In this document: positions 1 through 10,102 of the stretch, piece after piece
Position numbering within the stretch: the stretch's first letter is position 1
Layout of the letters: every line of letters starts with the position of its first letter
Assembly (NCBI GenBank): GCA_965112735.1
Contig: OZ218952.1
Span: 2,666,001 to 2,730,000 of the forward strand
Length of the DNA: 64,000 nucleotides
Reading direction: 5' to 3'
Source: Phaeosaccion multiseriatum
Lineage: Eukaryota > Protista > Ochrophyta, other classes
The notes under the pieces: generated by a model
Seen by the model: the letters and a program-made list of their open reading frames with translations, nothing else
The model's database searches: none
What the model was told of the DNA's origin: nothing
Program-made: the position numbers and the translations under genes

Positions 1-1100
1 AACCAGGTGGTGGGAGGGGCTCCTTATGCCGCGTCTCAGGAGGCGCGCGATGCACCGTGCTCATCTCAGCACACGGATATATTGAGCATGTGACTCAGCA
101 GGAGGGAATCACTCCGCTCTGTGTCGCGCCTCAGTAGGGATTGTCCTATCTCAGTTGTGGAAACAGTGCTTTCGGCCAAGGCAGCTCTTCTCACCAGGTT
201 CATTTCATCGAGGGAAAGCCTCAGCAAGGGCACACTCCGCTCCTTATCCGTCTCAGGAGTGGCATGCATCGTCGGAGTGGACAAGCTTCTCTTCGGCGGT
301 GCCGCAGTGCGCGTGTCGAATCGCGATGGTTGGGACTCCTCTCGCGCCTCCGCGGCACACGGTCGTGATGAAGTGGTGAGGCAGCTTCTCCGTGCTGATG
401 CCGACGTGGATTGTGGAGAAGGCAGTGTTGATATTCACTTCACTTTAATGTGCTGCTCGTTATGGACACGGGGCAGTGGTGGTCCGTCTTCTCGCTGCAG
501 GCTCACCATGTGATGCCCTGGACACGAACGGCAAGACCCCGCGACTCGACGCCGCCATCGGTGGCATCGTGGGACCGCTGTGCCGCTCATCTCGGCCGGG
601 CCTCGGTGCACATTGCTCTGGGCTTTCTATAGCAGAATCGCTTAGGTCCCTCCGATGTTGAGTTTGCCGTAGAGTCCTCCTCCCCGCAGCAGCGGAGTTG
701 GCATCGCAGACTCTTCTCCTGGAGGGATGTTCGGAGCCTTCCTTTTCGTAGCAAATGGGTGTGGTGCCGCAGGAGGTGGGTGTATACCCCGAGATTTGTG
801 CCCGAGGTGGCTTCGGGAATGGCTGAACTACCAGTAGTCATCGCTTTGCTGAGCAGAGGGGCTTCTTTCGAGCAGAGAGGGGCGCGACGAGAGGGGAGGA
901 CGTGTGCATGAGTCTTTGTCCACCGTCTCATCATGGGTTTCAACACATGCGAACAAGCCTAATTCTCTTTCGGTGGGTTGGAGGGCTGTTGGTTGAGACA
1001 CATCGGCGAACGAAGGGCACCAACGTGCTATGGTCTGCTGTAGTGACACTGCTTATCACGGCAAGGCACGCACCTAGTTCAATAAGACTCCTGGCCTAGA
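1..1100 (+). pseudogene. Degenerate ankyrin-repeat gene, copy A (5' part outside window)
   Basis: Ankyrin-like fragments in shifting frames: QEGITPLCVA(stop), SVVETVLSAKA, DGWDSSRASAAHGRDEVVRQLLRADADVD, GHGAVVVRLLAAGSPCDALDTNGKTP. Contains stops and frameshifts; near-identical to 6783-7916. Confidence 0.75.
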
Positions 1101-1900
1101 GCCTTGGTTTGTGTGCAGGCACCACCGCAAGTTGCACACCTCCTCGTCGTCAAATCATCGCTCGGACGACGAGCGTATGGAGGACAGAGCAGCACCTTGA
1201 GGCTAGGCAATCACTTACTCACGCACGCACCCCCACACCCTCTCGCCCGCGCTCCCACACTGCCTCCCACGCTCACTCGTCGGTCACTTTCCGACACACA
1301 CGCGCGCACTTGCTCACTCTCATGCACGCCCTCACGCACGCACTCACCCACTCACTCCACCAGTCGCGCGCGCACACACTTTGACATGTGTGCACGTGTG
1401 TGTGCGTGAGATACGTTAAAGCTCCTGGAAAAAATGCAGTACCTCGACTCTACGCCTCCCACGTGCAGCTCCTGCCTAGTTTCCTCACTTGTGCCCCAGT
1501 GTAAGGGTCCTAGCGGCCCGAAATTGACCTGCCACGCTACGATTACCATGAGCAAATTATGTGTGTTTTCTTCCTGCCCTTCTTTTCAGCTCGCATGTGC
1601 TTCTGAGTATGTGTGTGTTACCCAACGCCACTACGTCTAGGCGGCAAGGCGGGGATGTTACAGGTGGGAATGGTGCTCTTGCTTCAGAGCTGAGCCCAGC
1701 CGGGTACGGTGACCCGAGACAGTATCACATTATCACACACGAGGGTCATGTTGCAGACGCTGCGGTGCAAAAGAGACGGACAAGCTTGTTTTGAGTTGTA
1801 AATCACTTCCCCTGTATTTACTTTTAAGTTAAACGCTGTCGGCCAAGGCCATAGACAAGACATGTATACAATGTGGGTATCAAAAAACAATCTCCATTGC
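1..1900. repeat. ~1.9 kb direct segmental duplication, copy 1 (partner 6783-8730)
   Basis: The same ORFs recur at offset 6831 (66..284 vs 6897..7115; 121..513 vs 6952..7344). Identity continues to caaaaaacaatctccat at 1881/8711. Copy 1 has a ~50 bp deletion near its start. Confidence 0.97.
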
Positions 1901-1991
1901 AGGACTTATAAGTCCTGCTTGCACGAACACCCAATGCTACTTGCGCCCCTCAGGCTTTTCTCGACTATAACTCCGTCATCAGCCTCGCGGC

Positions 1992-2784
1992 TTATGCACA
2001 GTCCGCCGAGTAGCTGGTGAGGCCCGATGAAGGGCAGAAGATGATGGTCTCCGGGGTGAAGTCGGGGTAGGGAACCATGCCTGCCGCGGCGCCTTCGCAC
2101 GTCATCCAGCAGCCTCGGCACACCTGGCCCATGCCGAGGTAGTTGCACAGCAGGCCAGACCCCCCCGACAGGCAGCTCTCGTCGTAGAACACGCTCTTGT
2201 CGAAGCCTTGGAGCAGCATGAGGGCGGTCTCGGCGTCCATCCCGCAGTCCGTGTCCTCCACCTGGGGCTCCTCTGCCGGTCCACCTCCTTCTCCAACCAT
2301 CAGCTCGCAGGCCTGCCACTCGCCCTTGCCGCAGAATCTGCAGTCCATGCCCGCGCCGTGTGCGTTGCATCCGAGGCCTCCGTACTCAGAGCACGTGGGG
2401 TCCATGTAGCACGGCGCCTGCAGAGGAGGAGTGGAAAGGAGGGCGGAAAGGGGGGCAGAAAGAGGCAGAAGACGCAGGCGCTAGAGTGAGCGGGGGGCTT
2501 TGAAGTACCTTTGTGTGCCAAGCAATCCAAGGAGGGTGGAAAACAGCAGCCCACGGCCGCCATGAAAAGGGGAAGGACACCACACTGCTGTGACTCACCT
2601 CGTCGGTGCACTGGTCGGAGCACATAGCTCCGCCCAACACGACGGGGTTGACTGATCCGGGCGAAGGGGCCAAGCTGGCGAACGGGGTGAAGGCAGGTGA
2701 CGCCGTCTCAAGCTGCGCAGAAGCCACGCCGGCGGAGAGCAGTGCAGTGGCGATGGAGGTGATGAAGGACATAGTAGGAGCCAT
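1992..2784 (-). CDS. Secreted cysteine-rich protein, copy 1 (2 exons: 2784-2599, 2417-1992; ~203 aa)
   Basis: Hydrophobic signal peptide MAPTMSFITSIATALLSAGVASA-Q, S/P-rich linker, then two Cys modules (CxxxC..PCYxDPTC..GGLGCNAHG..CRFCG..C and YDESC..GLLCN..CRGC..FCP). GTGAGT donor and CTGCAG acceptor, phase 0. Confidence 0.9.
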
Positions 2785-2949
2785 GGTCAAGTTGTTGTGA
2801 GCGGGAGTGAGGTGTGCTTGTGAGAGAGGAGCAGAAGATGATAATGTGGCTCGTCGACCAGGCTAACGCCGAGCCCTCCGTCAGCCATTGCCGAAGTCGA
2901 AGTCTCTAGCGCTTTGACTCGGCTCCGGAGCACCACTTCGTTCACTTCC

Positions 2950-4470
2950 AGTTGGCTTTCCGCGCCTCTCCTGCTCTGCAATTTGCTTCGCTGCTGAAGA
3001 AGCGTGGGGGGGCGTGGGGAACCTCTCCAGTATGGAGGGGACTTTCGACACGGAGGTACGATATCTTTTCCAGGTGGGCGGATGACTGTAACAAAGGAAT
3101 GGGAGACCCAGCCTAAACTATTACTCGCTGCCGGCGGTTCTTCTAATTCAAAAGAAAAATGGCACCTTCCTCTTCCTCCTTTGCCCTTCCCCCAGGCGCA
3201 GCGGCTCTATCACGCCGTATGGCATGGATTGGCCCCCGCGAAGGTTGAGGCGATTGTGAGAAAGGTCTTGTCCGGGAAGGGCAGGGAGCCTGGAGAAGCC
3301 GATACATGACACATGAGAACCTGCGATGATCTTGGCGACTGGGCCTTCTCCCCGAACAGGCATCATTGAACTCTGATGTCAGCAGGTGCGCATCCTGTAC
3401 TGACCAAGAGATACGTCCCGGAGCCATTTCGCTGTGTAGGCTTCTCAATGAGGACATACTTCAGTGGTAAAGTAGCTCATCTTCGCAGGCGCATGTGTCG
3501 TGAATGAGAGGGCTTGACTCCTGTCGTTGTTTTTCGTGTCAGAAGGGGCACACATACCTCAGCCTGCGTATGTATGAGGGAGTGGGCCAGCTGAGATCCT
3601 CTCCAGCTCTTCATGGCTCCGAATGGGCCAACCCAGGTCATGGAGGCGCTGCTTTCTACCAACGTGATTGTGGATTCGACAGAACCTCGCCGGTTTGTGT
3701 GTGTGTATAGCGGCTCATCTAAGCAGGTGCATGTATCCACCTGAGGGCCACTCTGGTCTTGGTCGTGTCTCAGTTGTGGAAACAGTGCTTTTAGCCAAGG
3801 CAACTCATCTCACAGGCGCGCTTAGCTGCGGGAAAGACTCAGCAGGGACACACTCGCCTATGCAGTAGGGAGGCGCCTTCTCTGTGCTGGTGCGAAGGTG
3901 GATTGTGGGGAGGAATGGAATCAGTCCGCTTCATCTTGCTGCTGAGTGTGGGCACGGGGCAGTGCGTGGCCCATCTTCTCGCCGCAGGCTGTCTATGCGA
4001 AGCCCTGGGGCCTTACCCCTTTGCTCTCCGTCGTCAGTGGAGGCCATCTTGGGGCCGTCTCAGGCGGAGCCTCCGTGGACATTGCCCTGGTCTGTTTACA
4101 GCAGTACAGCACAAGCCCTGGGATGAAAGATATGGAGCAGCATCTCCTCGCCGCATCAGCGGAGGTCTTCACATCGCAGTCTGCCCTGGACCTGATGCGT
4201 GTCATCGACCCCACCTTTGGCAAGCCGAGGGGTGTGGCGCCGTGGAGAGGGGATGTACCCCGAGGCTATGCTCGAGGCGGCTTCAGAAACGGCCTGAGCA
4301 ATCGCTTGTCGTCGCTTTACTGAGTAAAAGGGGTAGAGTGCAGGCTTGCTCGACAGAGGCAGGGGGAGGAGCGGCTGGCACTGGTCTTGCCTGCATCTCA
4401 GTGTTGATTCAACATCTGTGTGCATTGCCACGGATGCTCACTTCTGTGTTGATGGGAAGGACTGTTGATT
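2950..4470 (+). pseudogene. Degenerate ankyrin-repeat gene, copy B (older paralogue)
   Basis: Fragments RNGISPLHLAAECGHGAV, AHLLAAG, GLTPLLSVVSGGHLGAV, SVVETVLLAKA. The 5' part aligns by eye with 6050-6330 (ctctccagtatggagg vs ctcttcagtacggagg). Multiple frameshifts and stops. Confidence 0.7.
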
Positions 4471-5067
4471 GAGGCGGCTTGGCGGAGGCTGGCATCAGCG
4501 CTGTAGGAACACAGCTCCTGACTCAATAGATTGTGGTAAAAAATATAGCAAAGTTCAAAATGAAAACGATGTCATTTCCCTTTTGTCTGCACCTGTCCCC
4601 TTGAGACGGCACTCGCTTGTGAATGCTGCGGTCACCCAAGGCCCATAGACAGTAGGTCAAGGAGAGTGGTGCAGATTTTGACTGCCCACAAGGAAGCACG
4701 TACTCCTTCATGCCTTGCTTTGAGTAGGGCCCCACATTTCCTTGACCGGGGAAGCGAGGGTGTGCAGAGACACTGCACAAAGAGACATCTTTCTCATAAG
4801 GAACCAAGCAGGATAAGAGGGGGCTTAAGGATAGACGGAGTCAAGATTCATGCTAGCTTTAAGTTCGTTCATTCAATATAATAATGATAAATTTAAAATC
4901 GGCCAAGGCCAAGGCCAAGGTTAAATATATCGGTCTCAAAATTCAGCAGTGACGCTGCCTATACACGACGATGCTATTGCTTCCCTCTGAATCGCGCCCA
5001 AGGGCGCTGCTTGGAAAGATTAAGATCTCCTCGCTTTGTCTCCTATGTGTGTCGCTTGGACACGTGC

Positions 5068-5828
5068 TTATGCGCAGTCCGCGGAGTAGCTGGTGAGGCC
5101 CGATGATGGGCAGAAGACGATGCTCTCGGGGGTGAAGTCGGGGTAGGCAACCATGCCTGCCGCGGCGCCCTCGCACGTCATCCAGCACCCTCGGCACACC
5201 TGGCCCATGCCGAGGTAGTTGCACAGCAGACCAGTGTCTCCCGACAGGCAGCTCTCGTCGTAGAACACGCTCTTGTCGAAGCCCTCGAGCAGCATGAGGG
5301 CGGTCTCAGCGTCCAGCGAGCACTCCGTGCTGTCAGCGTCTCCGGCGGGCTCCTCCTCTGAGATGATGAGGTCGCACGACTGCCACTCGCCCTTTCCGCA
5401 GAATCTGCAGTCGATGCCCGCGCCATGGGCGTTGCATCCGAGTCCGCCGTACTCAGAGCACGTGGTGTCGGTGTAGCAAGGCGCCTGGAAAAGGAGACAG
5501 CAAAGGAAGAGGAGAGCAGAAAGAGTGAGCGGAGGGTTTGCGAGTAACGAAGATCGAACGGATATGCCACTGGCCACCCCAGCAAGGAAAGAATAAAGAG
5601 CCTCGCCCACTGCAGCGATGCAATAAAGGAGGAAGGACGTTCACTCACCGCTTCGGTGCACTGGTCGGAGCAGAAGGGGGTGCCGGCAACGACGGGGTTC
5701 ACGGAGCTGGGAGAAGGTGCGGAGCTGCTCATGGGGGCCATGGAGGGCGCCGCAGTTTCAAACTGCGCAGACACCGCACCGGCGGAAAGCATCGCAGTGG
5801 CGAGGGAGAGGAAGGACATAGGAGCCAT
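5068..5828 (-). CDS. Secreted cysteine-rich protein, copy 2 (2 exons: 5828-5649, 5484-5068; ~198 aa)
   Basis: Signal peptide MAPMSFLSLATAMLSAGAVSA-Q; same intron position and Cys pattern as copy 1; intact reading frame. Confidence 0.9.
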
Positions 5829-6049
5829 GTTGTTGTTGTTGTGTGTTGGGGTGGGAGAAGAGTGTTAAGAACAGTGGAAGAGTGGAAGAGTGCGTGGATG
5901 TTTGTGGCGAGAGCTGTCGAGGATGGTGATTAGCATGTGAGAGGAGCAACTTAATTGGGGATAACGAAAAGTCGAGCCCCGGTTTTCGTTGACTTGAGAG
6001 GAGCCCAGGGCGACTTCGCTGTTCGGTGCGAGAGGCGGGAAAGCTTGTT

Positions 6050-7916
6050 CTTGCGTGGCTGCTCTGCAACTTGCTTGCTGGTGAGGCAGCGAGAGGAGCT
6101 CTTCAGTACGGAGGTGCTTTCGAAATGGAGGTACAAAATCTTGTTCAGGAGGGCCATCACCGTCCTTGCCGCCCTCCCTGTCACTGTACACCCGGAATGG
6201 TAAGCCCCGCCTGAGCCGAGACCCTCCGGTGTGGCTGCGAGCTGTGTGTTTGCTCCTCTTAATATCCGCTCAACGCCCGTAGTTGCATTAATTCCAAACA
6301 GCAGGGCAACTCAAATATCCTTTGCCCCATCTTCCACCAGGCCCAGCAGCTCTGTCACGCGATAGGGTATGAGTTTGGCCGGAGCAAGAGGTCCAGGCCA
6401 TTGCGAGGAAACTCTCGTCTCGAGGAAGGATGGAGCGAAGAGAACCTGGAGCGGCCGATACATGAATCACAGAGGGCGAGCATACCGAGATGGTGACTGA
6501 GCATGCTCCACCAGCAGGCGTGGTTGACATTTGCCCATCGCAGGAGGGGCACATGTGTGGCTCAAGGGAGGAATGCCAGAGTCATTCCGCTATGCCATGT
6601 GGGACATACTCCAGTGGTACAGCAGCTCAGCTCCGGGGGCGCACGTATTGTGAGAAACTCTCTGCGGCTTCGCTCCACCCGTTCAATGCATGTCAGAAGG
6701 GGCACATGTCTCAGCCGGCACATGACCCGAAGTGGTGGGCAGCAGGATCCACCCCGCTCTTTATGGCGTCTCGGAATGGCAAAACCAGGTGGTGGAGACG
6801 CTCCTTACGGCGAGAACGCGTGTGGATGGTTTCGATGTCTCAGGAGGAGGGAGCATATGCCGCGTCTCAGGAGGGGCGCAATGCACCGTGCTCATCTCAG
6901 CACACGGATATATTGAGCATGTGACTCAGCAGGAGGGAATCACTCCGCTCTGTGTCGCGCCTCAGTAGGGATTGTCCTATCTCAGTTGTGGAAACAGTGC
7001 TTTCGGCCAAGGCAGCTCTTCTCACCAGGTTCATTTCATGGAGGGAAAGCCTCAGCAAGGGCACACTCCGCTCCTTATCCGTCTCAGGAGTGGCATGCAT
7101 CGTCGGAGTGGACAAGCTTCTCTTCGGCGGTGCCGCAGTGCGCGTGTCGAATCGCGATGGTTGGGACTCCTCTCGCGCCTCCGCGGCACACGGTCGTGAT
7201 GAAGTGGTGAGGCAGCTTCTCCGTGCTGGTGCCGACGTGGATTGTGGAGAAGGCAGTGTTGATATTCACTTCACTTCAATGTGGTGCTCGTTATGGACAC
7301 GGGGCAGTGGTGGTCCGTCTTCTCGCTGCAGGCTCACCATGTGATGCCCTGGACACGAACGGCAAGACCCCGCGACTCGACGCCACCATCGGTGGCATCG
7401 TGGGACCGCTGTGCCGCTCATCTCGGCCGGGCCTCGGTGCACATTGCTCTGGGCTTTCTATAGCAGAATCGCTTAGGTCCCTCCGATGTTGAGTTTGCCG
7501 TAGAGTCCTCCTCCCCGCAGCAGCGGAGTTGGCATCGCAGACTCTTCTGCTGGAGGGATGTTCGGAGCCTCCCTTTTCGTAGCAAATGGATGTGGTGCCG
7601 CAGGAGGGGGGTGTATGCCCCGAGATTTGTGCCCGAGGTGGCTTCGGGAATGGCTGAACTACCAGTAGTCATCGCTTTGCTGAGCAGAGGGGCTTCTTTC
7701 GAGCAGAGAGGGGAGGACGTGTGCATGAGTCTTTGTCCACCGTCTCATTATGGGTTTCAACACATGCGAACAAGCCCAATTCTCTTTCGGTGGGTTGGGG
7801 GGCTGTTGGTTGAGGCACATCGGCGAACGAAGGGCACCAACGTGCTATGGTCTGCTGTAGTGACACTGCTTATCACGGCAAAGCGCGCACCTAGTTCAAT
7901 AAGACTCCTGGCCTAG
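6050..7916 (+). pseudogene. Degenerate ankyrin-repeat gene, copy C
   Basis: VIPLCHVGHTPVVQQL, AGSTPLFMASRNG, NQVVETLLTA, AYAASQEG, EGITPLCVA, AAHGRDEVVRQLLRAGADVD, YGHGAVVVRLLAAG, spread over three frames. Confidence 0.78.
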
Positions 7917-8730
7917 AGCATTGGTTTGTGTGCAGGCACCACCGCAAGTTGCACACCTCCTCGTCGTCAAATCATCGCTCGGACGACGAGCGTATGGAGG
8001 ACAGAGCAGCACCTTGAGGCTAGGCAATCACTTACTCACGCACGCACCCCCACACCCTCTCGCCCGCGCTCCCACAGTGCCTCCCACGCTCACTCGTCGG
8101 TCACTTTCCGACACACACGCGCGCACTTGCTCACTCTCATGCACGCCCCCACGCACGCACTCACTCACCCACTCACTCCACCAGTCGCGCCCGCACACAC
8201 TTTGACATGGGTGCACGTGCGTGTGCGTGAAATAAGTTAACACTCCTGGAATTTGTAGAAAAAATGCAGTACCTCGACTCTACGCCTCCCACGTGCAGCT
8301 CCTGCCTAGTTTCCTCACTTGTGCCCCAGTGGTAAGGGTCCTAGCGGCCTGAAATTGACCTGCCACGCTACGATTACCATGAGCAAATTATGTGAGTTGT
8401 TCTTCCTGCCCTTCTTTTTAGCTCGCATATGCTTCTGAGTATGTGTGTGTTACCCCACGCCACTACGTCTAGGCGGCAAGGCGGGGATGTTTCAGGTGGG
8501 AATGGTGCTCTTGCTTCAGAGCTGAGCCCAGCCGGGTACGGTGACCTGAGACATAATCACATTATCACACACGAGGGTCATGTTGCAGACGCTGCGGTAC
8601 AAAAGAGACGGACGAGCTTGGTTTGAGTTGTAAATCACTTCCCCTGTATTTACTTAAGTTAAACGCTGTCGGCCAAGGCCATAGATAAGACATGTATACA
8701 ATAAGGGTATCAAAAAACAATCTCCATGGC
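6783..8730. repeat. ~1.9 kb direct segmental duplication, copy 2 (partner 1-1900)
   Basis: Near-identical to 1-1900 with scattered substitutions and small indels. Confidence 0.97.
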
Positions 8731-8890
8731 AGCCAAGTCCTGCTGCCTGGGATACACGAACACCAAAGGTGCTTGCATGCTACTTGCTTGCTCCCCTCTG
8801 AATCACGCGAAGGGTGGTTCGGGAGTCTCGACGTCGCGTTATAGTCGAGAAATGCGATGACACGGGAAACTACATCATCAGCCTCGCGGC

Positions 8891-9661
8891 TTATGCGCAG
8901 TCCGCCGAGTAGCTGGTGAGGCCCGATGATGGGCAGAAGACGATGCTCTCGGGGGTGAAGTCGGGGTAGGCAACCATGCCTGCCGCGGCGCCCTCGCACG
9001 TCATCCAGCACCCTCGGCACACCTGGCCCATGCCGAGGTAGTTGCACAGCAGACCGGCGTCTGCCGACATGCAGCTCTCGTCGTAGAACACGCTCTTGTC
9101 GAAGCCCTCGAGCAGCATGAGGGCGGTCTCAGCGTCCAGCGAGCACTCCGTGCTGTCAGCGTCTCCGGCGGGCTCCTCCTCTGAGATGATGAGGTCGCAC
9201 GACTGCCACTCGCCCTTTCCGCAGAATCTGCAGTCGATGCCCGCGCCGTGGGCGTTGCATCCGAGTCCGCCGTACTCAGAGCATGTGGGGTCGTTGTAGC
9301 AAGGTGCCTGGTCGGGGGGAGGGGAGGGAGGAGGAAGGAGAGGGAGAGAAGGATAGAAAAGAGTGAGCGGATCGTTGCTTTCGGGGGTGGCGATAAAACG
9401 GTCTCTTGCGAAAGCGGAGAGCGTAGAAGTAAATGGGTCAACGGCGATGCTGACAATGGAGGAAGGACAGTCACTCACCGCTTCGCTGCACTGGTCGGAG
9501 CAGAAGGGGGTGCCGGCAACGACGGGGTTCACGGAGCTGGGAGAAGGTGCGGAGCTGCTCATGGGGGCCATGGTGGGTGCTGCCGACTCCATCTGCGCAG
9601 ACACCGCTCCGGCGGAGAGCAGCGCAGTGGCAATGGAGGCGATGAAAGACATGGGGGCCAT
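8891..9661 (-). CDS. Secreted cysteine-rich protein, copy 3 (2 exons: 9661-9479, 9307-8891; ~199 aa)
   Basis: Signal peptide MAPMSFIASIATALLSAGAVSA-Q. Exon 2 is almost identical to copy 2. The 171-nt intron is stop-free, which produces the 256-aa ORF in the track. Confidence 0.9.
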   Translation of the reverse strand: MAPMSFIASIATALLSAGAVSAQMESAAPTMAPMSSSAPSPSSVNPVVAGTPFCSDQCSEAVSDCPSSIVSIAVDPFTSTLSAFARDRFIATPESNDPLTLFYPSLPLLPPPSPPPDQAPCYNDPTCSEYGGLGCNAHGAGIDCRFCGKGEWQSCDLIISEEEPAGDADSTECSLDAETALMLLEGFDKSVFYDESCMSADAGLLCNYLGMGQVCRGCWMTCEGAAAGMVAYPDFTPESIVFCPSSGLTSYSADCA

Positions 9662-10102
9662 GGTGGTGGATGTGTAGGGGTTGGTGCAGGAAAGAAAGAT
9701 TCAGTCCAAGTGTGTGAGGCAGTTTAGTGTTTAGCCCAGGGAGCGAGTAGCGCGCCACGGGGCCTCAAACAATTCTTCCTATGCGAGAACTTGCGATGAA
9801 ATAGAGCGGTTGGAGATACCCTGAGAGGAACAAAGTGTAACGGTCTTGGGGGGGGTAGAGAACAGAAAAATCGTGCCGTCAATTTTTCTGGTTCTTGTCC
9901 TTTCACTTTCAGTTACACTTGCTCTTCTGGCTTCTATTTCCCAAGTGAAATCGAGCAGAGAATAGCATGGCAAGGTGTGTGTGTGCGTGCGTGCGTGTGT
10001 GTGTGCTTGCGTGCGTGTGTGTGCATTAGGAATTAGGCGCGCTCCATTGCACCTACAACTGTAGAGCAGCCGGGACCTGCCCTAGCTTCCAAACACGCTC
10101 AG

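Noticed and set aside
1-8730. The 1.9 kb direct repeats as LTRs of a retroelement
   Set aside because: No gag/pol between them and no TG..CA ends or primer-binding site seen; the content is an ankyrin relic within a tandem gene array.
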